A DNA stretch of 63,044 nucleotides, counting the filler, from Intoshia linei (taxonomy: Eukaryota > Animalia > Orthonectida): the NCBI GenBank assembly GCA_001642005.1. It is 5 parts of 5 records of this genome, joined end to end, with 100 filler letters (N's around TTAATTAATTAA, not from the genome) between each part and the next. Parts side by side here need not be neighbours in the genome. Positions count along the whole stretch, not along the records: positions 30,781 to 49,356 come from LWCA01000789.1; positions 49,457 to 56,351 come from LWCA01001636.1; 3 more parts are not named here. One strand, 5' to 3'. Below are positions 38,400 to 51,434 of the stretch, one piece after another. Below the pieces are notes generated by a model. The model made no database searches. It saw only the letters and a list, made by a program, of their open reading frames with translations, and was not told the origin of the DNA. The position numbers were made by a program, and so were the translations under genes. Each line of letters opens with the position of its first letter. Within the stretch, counting starts at the first letter, position 1.

Positions 38400-39962
38400 A
38401 GTGGTTTCCACACTTTTTTCAACACAGTGAAAATTGTGATATATCTGTTTAAAACAATATATATTAATATATAAATATACCAAAGCATCAAGCATACACG
38501 AAGCTATCCTAGATAAACGCTTCCTTTCCAAATTTTTTGTAAATGGCCATTTTGTAGATCTTAACATTATGTAACCGCATTCCTTTCTAAATATATTTAT
38601 TATGAACTAAATACTAAAGTATATAATGTCTACAATGTTTTGTCTTATTATTATAAAGCTACGCATGAGTTTTGAATTAAGTTTTTTCAAAATAAGGAAA
38701 ATAATATTGTCTATGATGATATTGTATCCTCTACTTACTATTATAAAAAATGTAATGTATGTGTGTTACCGTTTAATGAAAAAATTAAACATCCTAGAAA
38801 TTAAAAAACCAAATTTATAATACAGTTTTGCAAGATTAATGTTTTATCGTAAATTGCATATTCAGAAATTGAGTCCTTCAACATCTAAAACACAAATTAC
38901 CCTTTTTCTTAAATAATAAAATCAGCCCTAAAGTTTCAAAATACACAAATTATTGAATGCGTTTTAAAATCATTAACATTGTCGTAAATCTCAACCTCAA
39001 AGATTTACACCTTCATGATCAAAATCCCACATTACCAGTTTTTTTAAAAATGAAAAGAGTCTTAAAATTTTCAAAAAAATTACAGCTGATAGTTATATCC
39101 AGTTAGCACATAGAAAAAATATCTATCTCGCAAAGTGCATAATATATTCGGATTATTTACTAGTTATCTTACAAAATTAAAAAACCAACGAATTAACTAA
39201 CTTAAATGTATTATCCCACCAATGTTCTCAAAAGGAAACATTTGATAACTTTGGATTTGGAGCTCCTAAGAGTGAAATTTTTTATGTGCTTATTTAGCAT
39301 TTATTTGAAAACATGTGTAAATAAAGAGTAGCTGATAATGTGACAACCGTGAGCGGCGGGATAAAGGTTCATTAAAATTGGGTACATAACGCATATGACG
39401 TGCATAGTATTGTAAAGTATAATACATTATATAATTAATTAACCTTTTGGTATTACTACCAAAAAAACCAGTAGAATCGAAAGGTCTGGTAATATCATAC
39501 ATGTTTCGACGTTTCATTTCCTAAATAAAATAAACCATAGTAAAAATAAATAAAAACGCAAGCATGTATTTTTTCAATTTGCCTAAAAAGCTTGGTTGAT
39601 TTGAGCTGCTTATTATATTTATTCTAATAAAAATCAATTAATAAACATATATGATACCTCAAACCTCTGAAAAATTAGTTAGAATTTGTTTGACTTTAAC
39701 ATTTTTAAAATAATGTTTAAGAGGAACATCGTTCAACCCAACAGATCTTAGAGTTGAAAGCTATTAAAATAATACTAAAAATTGTAAAAATTTTACCTTT
39801 TTCAAGTTTGGGTGTTTACGCCTAGGACATTTTGAATTTGATAAATCAAAACCTTCTTCCAAACGCTTTATGAAAAAATAGTTTAATCTACAAACAATGA
39901 ATGTTGTCAGCTAAAACTTACAATTCATTCAAAACGCTTTTGGTAATATTCTGATGAGCCAT
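38400..39962 (-). CDS. Unidentified multi-exon coding region; possibly the 5' part of the PLAT-ankyrin gene
   Basis: Chain of small exons with phase-compatible GT-AG introns: MAHQNITKSVLNEL|LNYFF...NLKK|LSTLR...FSE|NKYN...HAC|EMKRR...TKR|...|IYHNFHCVEKSVETT. No recognisable domain. Confidence 0.5.
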
Positions 39963-40091
39963 GCCAAAACCAATCTCATAAATAATAAAACGAGTGTTAT
40001 GACCTAAATAAAAAACAATACTGAAATGTTTATTTAAAAATATATATACATTTTCTTAACAATTACCAAAATTGGGTTAATTCCGATTATG

Positions 40092-41522
40092 CTATGTTGG
40101 AGTATGCAAAAGAGTGACAATTGTAATTAAAGGTAAAATGAGGTTATCGATTTGGGTAGTACACAGTTCATATATTGACGAATTGAGAGAAGATAACGTT
40201 AACATAAGAAACAAAAATACTTGATTATAGATATTGCTTGATGACATTGAAAATTGAGAAAAGAATGAAAAATTACAAAAAATAAAAATGGAATAAAATA
40301 AAATTTGTGAAATAAATCCAAACATGAATCCAGTCAAAGTTTTGTGTGTACTTGAATAAATAATATTATTTAAATTGTAAAATAATGTTGTGGTACGCTT
40401 TTTTTTAAGAATATTCACAAAATACAAATTGCCAGTAATTGCAGCTATTCCATCCAATAAAAATAGAGAAATTACTCCAGAAAAAAGTAAAAAACACTTG
40501 TTTCTAAGCAAAAATAACGGACTAGCCAAACCAAACAACAAGTAAATGTGATTTGTGAGAAATGTTCCAGTTTCAAGACAATGTCGATATTTTACGAGAT
40601 TATTATTCAAAAAAATTGCAATAAAATGATTATTAAAAGTAATCCTAATCCATTCTAAAAATATCAAAATTCCAAACAATAATTCGGAAAAAAATTGTAA
40701 AAGGTGGTTATTGAAAATGATGCCACTAATAAACACACAACTAGCATAAAAATGAATAAATTTACGCCCAATCGTACCTGAAGTAAATGATTTAAAAAAA
40801 TATATTTGAATCAAAGTTAAAAAAAATAAAAATAACCAAAATGCAATTAAATGTATATACTTTGATACATTAATGTTATGATTTGTTATCATATGATATC
40901 CAAATAGCGTTGATAAAATCATTAGTATGGAATAATTTCCTCGACATTTGCCATATTTAAAAATCAAATGTATAAATATATTGGCAACGATAGTAAAAAT
41001 TTGATTGACGATAAAAATCCGAGAAATTTGATAAAATGCAATCAATTGTACAACGATCAAAGATTCTACATTAGTAAATGAATTATTGAGTATGATAAAT
41101 TTAAAATTCAGATATATTAATCCAAAAATACAGAAATTTATCAAATAATTTATAAAATTAAACTGGAATCGCACCCAAATCAAGAAGATAATTAGAATTA
41201 TTTTTAGAAATAGTAATAGTTTTTGCCGTTTAAATCTTGTGTAACAAAGAGTATAAACTGATGTAAGCAAAATACCAATGGAATGTACGTAGTTGTAATT
41301 TTCCAGGAAAATGAATGGTATCAAAAATAAAGTCATCAAATTAAATTCATTTTTTTTGTTTTTCAATTTGTAATTTTGTAGGTCCAATATTAATGACAGT
41401 ACGAGTAAAGTTGATATTATTAACTCAAAGGTCAGATTATAGGAATCGTTAGAGTATAATCTTCGTAGTTGACAAAATAACAAGAGTATAAATATATTGC
41501 CATTGTGTATAATTTTTATCAT
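40092..41522 (-). CDS. DOLK: Dolichol kinase (CTP-dependent), intronless
   Basis: Polytopic ORF with GRKFIHF, LEWIR, HIYLLFGLASPL, SGVISL..LDG.AA..G, KTLTG and TTQIDNLILPL. Confidence 0.88.
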   Translation of the reverse strand: MIKIIHNGNIFILLLFCQLRRLYSNDSYNLTFELIISTLLVLSLILDLQNYKLKNKKNEFNLMTLFLIPFIFLENYNYVHSIGILLTSVYTLCYTRFKRQKLLLFLKIILIIFLIWVRFQFNFINYLINFCIFGLIYLNFKFIILNNSFTNVESLIVVQLIAFYQISRIFIVNQIFTIVANIFIHLIFKYGKCRGNYSILMILSTLFGYHMITNHNINVSKYIHLIAFWLFLFFLTLIQIYFFKSFTSGTIGRKFIHFYASCVFISGIIFNNHLLQFFSELLFGILIFLEWIRITFNNHFIAIFLNNNLVKYRHCLETGTFLTNHIYLLFGLASPLFLLRNKCFLLFSGVISLFLLDGIAAITGNLYFVNILKKKRTTTLFYNLNNIIYSSTHKTLTGFMFGFISQILFYSIFIFCNFSFFSQFSMSSSNIYNQVFLFLMLTLSSLNSSIYELCTTQIDNLILPLITIVTLLHTPT

Positions 41523-44074
41523 TATTCAATATTAATTTATGTAAATCTTTACAAAATTTATTTTTTAAGTTGAGCGATAAAACGTTTTCATTTTTTGACA
41601 GTAGTGTTTTATCATTTTTACGTTAACGTCTACTTGTAATTTATTAAAATATTACATTATACGATCACATTTATATTTTCCATGATATTATATACCATAT
41701 TAAAAACCAATGTAATTTAAAGATGACTTTCAAAATACATGCATATTTGAAAATTTACAATTCATTACGTTTTTTATTATTCTGGCTATCTAGATTCTAG
41801 AAGATGAGTTGGCTAAAAATGAAACTTTTAGAGTTTAATTTTTTTTCTTTAGACAGTGGTTCCCTAACTTTTCCCACCTTGGACCACTTGTCACAAAAAA
41901 AATTATGTGGTCCTCATACATTTTTTTTAAAAATTGCTTTAATTCTAAACACATCAGTTAGGTAACGATTGTATGTTTTTATTATATATTCCTCCTTAAA
42001 TAGGGCTACCATATTGTAATAGTACTATCAATTTTAGTTTATTTGGTGTTAAAGCTAAAATTACTGATTTACGATCACGAATAAAAATTTTGCCTTAAAA
42101 TTTACTAATAAATAAATTTTAATAAATTAATTTAAATTTTATAATTAATAAATTAAGTATTATAAAAATTCTTTAATATCATAAGTTATGTGTTAAATTT
42201 AAAATTTCAACTCAGGAGTCTTAGAAAGGTGAATAGAGTTATATGACACTACAATCCATTTGCGAAGTTTTTTTAAGGCCTATTTTTTATTTCAGGGTGG
42301 CCCGATATTGATTGGTTCGGCTCTGGGAAGTACTATTGATTGATTCAGTTTAACGCACGTGAAAATTATTCACGTTATTCAGTAAAACTTTACTTATTGA
42401 TGAATGTATCAATAAAAACGTGACAGCTGCACAACAAAATAATTTATTTATATCAAATATTTTCACTAAAAATAATTGATGTATTTCCACATGGAAGACG
42501 TGACAAGCAATCAGCAATTATATTTAAACCACTTTTTATATACTCAACTGTAACTTTCATTCCTTTTTGAAACGGAATAAGGACTGTATATTCTTATATC
42601 ATTGTCCAACAAAATTTCGACAAACTGACCGAAACTTTTATTATATGTAAGTGAACCAGTATAAATCTATTTTTAAAAAAAATTTATTACATTCCAGATC
42701 GACTTTGGATTTAATTAATGGTCAAAGTTTTTTTTAAATTTTGCAATTAAAATTAAATTTTAAATTTAAAATTAAACAGGTTTAGGATTGACATGCATGA
42801 TATTTTTTGAATTATATAATTCATTTTAATTAAGATAATTTTTTAATTAAATCTTATATGTAAGTATGATTTAATGTTTTTTCTCTATATGATCAATGCA
42901 TATTGTGCATCTTCCCGTCCAATTTCCACATTTTCTGATCTTGTGACCACTATTAGAAACTAAATTGGTATCATTCTAATGTAATTTCTTTAAATCATTA
43001 TTATTTAGGAATTAACAGGGTAATATAATAACTTTACTGCGGTGTCTACTATCATCCGACATAAAGTTCCCACTATCTCAACATTTACATATTTATTATT
43101 AGTATGATAAAAATTGTTTATTAATTTACCGTAACGTTTTTTTTTCACCCATTTAGGGTTACCGTACTTCCAATAATGTCCATAATTATTGCATTTACTA
43201 GATTTATTTTTCGTAGCTGGACATTAAATTTGAATTCTGAGGTCCCCAGAATTTCAATAATGAATTGGCTAATCCATTGGCTAAACAGAGCTAAACCTAC
43301 TATGTTTCTAGACTTGTTATAAATCAAAAATAGGCCTAAAAATCTCCAAAGATTTGAATTTTACATTTTTTATGGCATTACAAAATTTTATGGTAAAAAT
43401 TCCTAGTAAAACTATAATATATATTTATAAAAATTATGTTATCAATCAATATTTTTCAAATTTATGAACCATTACAATAGTGCGTCGTATATTGTGTAGG
43501 AGTAAATTCCATTATAGAATATCAATAATAGATGTAAATTTGACAACTAAAGTGTACAGAAACGTATACCCTAACTTCCATTATATCTTAAAATCAAATC
43601 CAAACAATAGCTAATTCATAATTAATACAGACAATTAGCTTTGAGTGCAGAGCTGAGTATCATGAAGCAATAATATTTATATAAAAGATGGGATAAGATT
43701 AATCCTGAATACTGACGCGCTAAACACTATTAGTGTAAATTTACTGTTACACTAAACACATTACTGTAATGATTACTGTATTGAAAAGTGATACTTAAAA
43801 TACAATATTCATGAAATGCTACTGCATTCCATGTAAAACAGAATAACATCGCACTCCAAGTGTATCAAAGCAACTCGATGAATATTTTGCACATTGTAAA
43901 GTTAAACAGTAGGCGTACGGATCAACAATTCATTATCAATTTAAGAATTTTACAATTGTAACAGTTTTACTTGGTAACTATTTGTTTATTCAGCCATATC
44001 GTATATCGCACTTTGAAAATATTTTTCAACATAAAAGTTATCAATAAATAGAAATAAAATAATTACGTACCCCA

Positions 44075-47000
44075 ATGAATTTGAATCAGGATCACAACAC
44101 ATTAAAAAAAGAAATTGATGAATGGAATAAGAATAGAATTGATTTATTTGAAATTTCAATTCCAAACAAGGTAAAAATTAGACAATTTACAAAATATAAA
44201 ATATAAAAATTTTTAGGATTTAGAATATTTCGGAGTTGTACGTTTTTATCACCAAAGCAATAACACATCTACACATTCCAAGTGTATACGTATTAGTAGC
44301 AGTTGGTCCACTGAGAACATAATTCACGTCTTAATGGAAAAATTTCGACCTGACATGAAAATGTTATCCAATGAAAAGCATTGCTTATATGAAGTTCATA
44401 GTAATGGAGGTAATTACACTTTTTAAAATTTTATAATTTAAACATTAGACGAGAGAATGCTCCAACAAGATGATAAACCTTTAAAGGTACAGTTAATGTG
44501 GGGTCGACAAGATAGGGATGGAAGGTTTATTTTTAAGCGTGAAAAAGAAATTAATGGGTCTACTTTCAAACGAAAACTGTCGAAAAGGGAAAAAAAGCAA
44601 CTAAAAAAGCAAGAAAAAAAGGATAAACTATCATCTGAATTGCCTACAAAATCTTCCATCGCGGAAACTCATTTTTCTGATATACCAGACACCAATCTAC
44701 ATAGAACCATATCAAACCCCGAAACACTAGTCAAGAGACGAAGGCAAACTAAGATTGAACGAATACTGAAGAATCTTAATAACTTGGCAATGGATAGTAT
44801 TGGTACATTTAATTATTTCATTAACTGTTTTTTATTTTTTCGTTTAGCCATTAAAACTAAAATTTATATTGGAATTCAAAATTATAAAGGAGGAATTGGT
44901 TCAGTTACTATCAATATTAATCCAACAGATTCTACTGTTGTTATCATTAAAAAAACCTTAATTGCGTTAGGATTGGAACCACAAGATTATTTCAATTACC
45001 TGTTAATGGTAAATTTTGCAAATATGTTATGTATAATTTACATATTGTGTCTATTTGGGCGTTATTGATTTTTTATCAAAAAGTAAAATTTATTATAGAC
45101 TAGTTTGACTGTTAAGTACTTTGTATAACTAGCTATAACAGCTTTGTTTTGACAGTGTGTGACTTTGTGTTAACAGTTTTGTATAACAGCAGCTAGCTTT
45201 GCCGAGGGCAAACTTTTTTAATTCTACCAAAAAACTCTTACTTAAAAATGATACTATTAACTATTACCAATCCTTTAAAGGAGTGGTTCCAAACTTATTT
45301 CAACATGTACCGGTTATTTCATATTACATTTTAATTTAAACTAAATTATTCCGATTTAATTTTAGTTAGCATTTAAAATTTTAAAAACAGTACAATCCTA
45401 AAAATTGTATTAAATAGCTTAAATTCCAGAAAAAATAAAATTGTAAATAAAAAGGTATTATCTTTTTAATGTGATTTAGTATTTGCGTTCGATAATTAAA
45501 AAATATTTTGATTCAATAATTAACGGACTTTGCACTTTAAAAATTAATAGTTTCGGATCAATTTTATCAACATATAAATATAAAAATGATCATAACAAGG
45601 ATATACTTCAAGTAATTTAAAAAAATTTGAAAATGAAAATTGCGTAGCAATAAAGAAAATGCGAAGGAATCAATTATGTAGATGTAGATTTCGGGGTTGA
45701 AATTCTGTATTTATATAAACTGGAATAAGCCATATCAGAATAATTTTTTTTTTTTAATTTTCGGATAGTTAATTATTTTCACATTTTTTGTTAATAAAAT
45801 ATTTCAGAAAAAAATATATGAATACTAAAATGCTTTTTTGACCGTGAAGTCATTACTTATTCGGATTGAAATTTTTTGTGTGTGTTAACAGGATACAACT
45901 GTACCACTTAAAAAAAGGAAGGATAATTTGTGGTTTTGGTCCTAATGATATTTTTTTAATTATATTTAAATTTAATATAATATTAATGATTTTAAAATTG
46001 AAGAAAATTATTTATATTCATTAATGAACTCGCAGGCTCCAATTAAAATTTCATCAAAATAAACATATGTTTACATTATTTTTATAAATTAATTTATCAG
46101 TTTTAGCCATTTAATTTTAATTTTCTTCATGGAAAATTGTTAATCTAATTAGGGCCGAATTTACCCTTTTCGAAGTAAGGCCTCGACAAAATTTTTTTTC
46201 TTTTAATATAATATTTTCGAAATAAAAAAAATGAATACTAAACTACTTTTTTGACTGTGAAGTCGTCACTTTGTGCTATTTAAATTATTTGTGTGTTAAC
46301 TGGATATAATTATCAACTGTATTTGTAGAATATATTTCCGTTAATTGATTTGAATTAGTTTATGATTGAGATACCGTTTTTATAAAATTAATTTAAAAAT
46401 TTTTAGAAATCGTTAAAAGTTTCGAGAAGTAAAGTAAAAATAATAGTTGATGTGGCAGATAGACCAATTGGTGACATGGTAAACTGGTCTAATGAAAATG
46501 GTAAATCTCATTCACAAACCACCTTGTCAAATTTAAAAAATGTAAAATTCACACTGAAAGGAGCTACCCCAGCATTATTAATGGAAATGGAGAGATTTCA
46601 CGATTCAGTTCCGTCCTTGGAAAATAAATTCAAATCACATAATACGATAATTTTGTTGGAGATAAAATTGAATCCGAAATATGATGTACGAAAGAGTGAC
46701 ATAAAAAATGCATTTATATCATTTGGTAAAGCAATTGAATTAGGATGTGGCAAACATAGTATAGGCAGTTCAAGGTATTTTATTATTTATTAATTAATGA
46801 TCATTTTTAATTCAGTTAATTAGAAAATCTGATACCAATATTTTAAATGAAAATCGCGATAATTTAATTCTATTGGATGGCAGTGATATTGAAAAATATC
46901 ATGCAAAAATTATTGTGACAGAGGATAGCGTTCAAGTTGAACCAGTTTTAAGAAATTGTTTAATGTATATTAAATCAAATCTCGTTACAGAAAGATCATT

Positions 47001-47977
47001 ACTTAAAGATGGAGACATTGTATGTATTGGAACGAATGCGCTTTTTAAGGTGTATGATAGTCGTGACCAAACTATTAAATCAATTGCATTTCTTACCGCA
47101 ATGATGACACAATATCAACAAAAACTGTATCACTCAAATGGCAATGCTTCAGACAAATCTTCAATGTCTATACTCTCTAAACCAAGTCTAATTGAAAATG
47201 GATCTCAACACGAACATAATATTGAAAATGTAGTTCATGATGCCCCACAAAAATATAAATATAGAAAAATATCAAAACTGCCATTAATTCTAGAATTTAA
47301 TCATCCAGATGAACTCATTTCTTCAGTAGTATGGTCAATAAATACACAAACTGTTCCTTTCAAACATGGACCGGCATATATATTTTATCTTGCATGCAGA
47401 CAGTTTATTGAAAACGAATCTCTATATGTAGAAGAACTTGCCAGTTTTGTTCATAAAATATGTATGGCCTTTTCTGGAATTGTGGAAAAGTCTGTAAATT
47501 CATCCGTTAATCTAGCCTTTTGGATTGCCAATATAAGTGAATTTTTACATTTCATTAAGTATGATGTTGATATCTGTCGCGTTGTTCCGACGAAATTGGT
47601 TTTGAAACTTTCTCAAATATTGGAAACTTCTTTTTACCATCTTATAGACCAGTTGCAATTAAAAACCGAGCCGAGTATGCTTGATTTTATGGATCAATCT
47701 GATGCAGATTTATCTAATGGTCAATACGTTGAAAATCCCAATTTACTTGATGGTTTATTGCATTTATTTTCATCGACGATGCCAATGCTCAGAAGGTGCC
47801 GTATAAATGCAGCTTTGGCTATACAACTGTTTTCTCAACTTTTCTATTTTGTAAACATGTGGCTGTTTAATAAGTTGGTCCAATGTGATCCAAATTATCC
47901 TCTTAGGTGCAATAGAGTTTGGGGATCGAGATTAAGAAGGAGGATTGAAAAAATTGAAATTTGGGCAGAAAAGCAAG
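44075..47977 (+). CDS. AFDN: Afadin/canoe, 5' half (RA1, RA2, FHA, DIL); PDZ half lost in the gap
   Basis: WNKNRIDLFEIS, GVVRFY, KCIRISS, EKFRPDMKML, VQLMW..DRDGRFIF, RTISNPE..KRRRQ, FHA (LKDGDIVCIG), LAFWIANISEFLHF, RRCRINAALAIQLFSQLF, WAEKQG. Confidence 0.92.
45100..46320 (-). mobile_element. Helitron copy with 3' end in an afadin intron
   Basis: Starts a|ctag followed by a hairpin-like ctgtt..gtac..acag block, and matches 49665-50700 and the reverse complement of 62100-63044. Confidence 0.7.
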
Positions 47978-48336
47978 GTATCATTGATTTTATATTATAC
48001 TAGATTATTTTTTGTACTTTATATATGCAGCTAGATCTGCTGACTCCCTGCTTTTATTGTATATATTCTTTATAACTGAAATTTAAATTTTTATAATAAT
48101 TGAAATAGACAAAAAAAAACAAACATTTATAATACGACATTTTGGTTATGATACATGCTATCAGACTCTGAGTAAGATAACGTGAATATCAGAATTAATC
48201 CAACTTCGGTTGTTAACTATTTTATTATCAGTTGTTTACATATGTAGTAAATTTGTCTAAGTCGAAATAAACAGAAAGATTGATTAAATTACTGTAAATA
48301 ATTAATTGTTAATACATTATCTAAATTTAAATTGTA

Positions 48337-48967
48337 CAGTAGACACTCGAAAAGTGACCACTTCGTATAGGTGACCACCTCCCAAAAGTGACCACTTTTT
48401 AAGACAATATAACAAATCCATACTAATATAAATAAATTTCTTTTCGAAAAAGTGACCAAAAATATAAATTAAAACATCACAATTTTATTGAAGACCAAAT
48501 TAATGACCTTATTGACAATAGCAATATAGCAGAATATGAAGATTTTGAATAATTACAAAAGGATGGAATCTATGCAATATTTAATAATCTTAGAAATTAT
48601 GCAAAACAACATTGTCCAAAGAATCTAGAAGATACATTTATTGGAAAGCAAAATGACACAGTCCTCAAGTGTTTCAAATGAAACCACTCTGAAATATTTT
48701 TGTATAATAGACAATAATATATGATTAACTTAGAAATTTCTCGTCTTATTTTTAATATATTTTCAAGGTGATGGTCAACGTAATTAATAATTTTAGTCGA
48801 TTAATCAATCAGCTTCTGTTTCAGTTATTGTTAAATGATAAATGTATGATATGTAAAATGAATACTGTATTTTAAAGAATATGTAACTATAGTGATTTTA
48901 TGATTTTAACTATAGTGGAAAAAGTGACCACAGTCCCAATAAGTGGTCACTTTTCGAGTGTTTACTA
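48337..48967. mobile_element. pogo/Tigger-like element remnant
   Basis: TA|cagtagacactcgaaaagtgaccac ... gtggtcacttttcgagtgtttacta|TA, with repeated gtgaccac subterminal motifs. Confidence 0.8.
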
Positions 48968-49664
48968 TATTAAATGTTAATACAATAAAAATCATGTAAA
49001 TAAAATTAAATTTATATTAAATTTGGAAATCGATAGTTACAAATTCGTTAGAAACTTTTTGAATTAATTAATAACGAGAAAAAGTCAGTACAATAAATTA
49101 AAATTTGCTACAAATAAACTAAAATCTATTGTAAATATTTTTTATGATGTAAAATTTTAAAAGATCTTCGATATTGCATTGATAAAATTATTCACTCTGT
49201 ATGTAATATAATATTATGTGATAATATGTGACATGTCAATACTTAGTTTTATTTTAATTTTTTGAATTTAAATTTGTAAATTTTGCGTGATAAAATAGTG
49301 ATTGTAGTGATATATAATATCACTATGAAGATTGAAGATGAGATTGATTGTTATTTNNNNNNNNNNNNNNNNNNNNNNNNNNNNNNNNNNNNNNNNNNNN
49401 TTAATTAATTAANNNNNNNNNNNNNNNNNNNNNNNNNNNNNNNNNNNNNNNNNNNNGAAATTAATAAATTTTTTTTAAAAATAGATGTATACTGGTTCAC
49501 TTACATATAATAAAAGTTTCGGTCAGTTTGTCGAAATTTTGTTGGACAATGTTATATAATTATTTTCGTATGCTAGACAATTTACAAATGACAAGATCAA
49601 TTTGGAAATTTAAAATGCGTTAATTAATTAAAATCAAATTGATTAGTCCTTTTTTATAACGTTA

Positions 49665-51150
49665 CTAGCTTCACTGTTATGTACTTCGTAAAAACAGCAT
49701 CCTAGCCCTGCCGAACATTTTTATTCTACCAGAAAAATAAAGTCAATAAGAAAATTAAACCTAAAAATGCTACTATTTACTATTATAAATCATTCAAAGG
49801 AGTGGTTCCAAACTTGTTACACGTGAACCCGTCTTATAACATTACCTTTTAATTTAAAGTGAATTATTCCACGTAGAATATATTTTGTTAACATTTGTGT
49901 ATAGAATTTTTCAAAAAATTGTTATCCCATTTTTTTAATTTATTAGACAGAATGTATGTATAACATTAAAAATACAGTAAAAACAGTCAGATCCTAAAAA
50001 TTGTCATAAATAGCATAAATTCCAGAAAAAATAAAATTATAAAACTATTTTGTTATTTTGAGTGTGATGATATATATTCAGTACCAATTTAATAAATACT
50101 TAAAAAAACCAATATTGCAAAGCATCGTAATGAATATAAAAATGATAATAACAAAGTTGTATTACTTTTAGTAATTCGTTGTTGTAGTGTTAATTTAAAT
50201 TTTAAATAAAATGTTTTGAAAATGAGAATTTGAAATTTAAAAATTGCGAAGGAATGAATTATATAGATTTTCACCCATATTTCTTTATTGTAAATGTAGA
50301 TGTTCAATGCACATTTTTTTTGAAATTGTAGGTCAATATTATATTTTCAATTTTTATTTTAATCGAAATATTTGAAAAATATTGGTTGATAATATATTAA
50401 AAATTATTTTTCACCGGGAATGCGTAGNGAAAAATATTGGTTGATAATATATTAAAAATTATTTTTCACCGGGAATGCGTAGATTTCTGAGGTTGAAATT
50501 TTGTATTTATATCAAATGGAATAATCTCTATCAAAAGAATCTTTTTTTTAATTATAGGACCATTCATTAATTAAAATTTTTTGTTTTCATAAAATAGATT
50601 CGAAATAAAGAAAAATAAATATTAAAGTACTTTTTTGACCGTGAAGGCGTACCTTATTCAGATGGAAATTTTTTGTGTGTCTGAAAAGGATACAACTGTA
50701 CCGTCTGTAATTTTTTTTTTAATTCTAGGGCTGTTTTCATTTAAAAAAAAAATGGTAATGTGGGGTATTGATCGTGAAAATTATTTGTTTTGAGGGTTCC
50801 ATATATGATAGTGTTTATGATTTTAAAAACTATCCCAGAATTTATGTTTCAAAAAATTTTAGGATATGTTTTATTTTTAAAACAAAGGGTAATTTTGGGT
50901 TTTGACCATGAACATATGCGTTTCTGAGGCTGAGATTAACGACAATGTTAATTCTTTTAAAATGTGTTCCAGAATGTATGTTTTATTAAAATTTTGGGTT
51001 GATTTTAGGTTGATTTTTTTTAAACAAAAGGAGAAATTTGGTTTTTGAACGTGAAGGACTCAAATTTTGTATTTAAAAAATGGACAAAAACACGTCCTGG
51101 GAAAAACCGTATTAGAAAGTGGGTTTTTTGAAATCCTGCGACTGTCAATT
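49665..51150 (-). mobile_element. Helitron copy with 3' hairpin-CTAG end
   Basis: a|ctagcttcactgttatgtacttcgtaaaaacag reads hairpin then CTAG|T on the minus strand. Body is shared with other copies and includes ~125-bp internal subrepeats. Confidence 0.72.
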
Positions 51151-51434
51151 TTTCCAATAAATGGTTACACACAAGGAAATTTATTTTTATATAAGTAAAG
51201 GACATGTTGTTATCGAAAATTTTTAATTTTATATTATTGAAATAAAGCGGGTTTCGGGTCTAAAATAGTCACGACTCTTTTACTCACACTAAAATTTTTA
51301 ACAAGAATTTACAAAAATATATGAAAGGGTTAAATAAATAAAAAAAATTCAACAATACAGCCTTACGATTTAATGTCATTTTTTCTTACACCCATCAAAA
51401 CAGTAAAAACACATTAAATTTAAATTTTATATAG

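Noticed and set aside
39200-39265. Possible in-frame TGA (Sec or readthrough) in ...SF*EHWWDNTF
   Set aside because: Upstream splice phase selects a different, open frame (RSSKSKVIKCFLLRTL) with a usable donor, so no recoding is needed.
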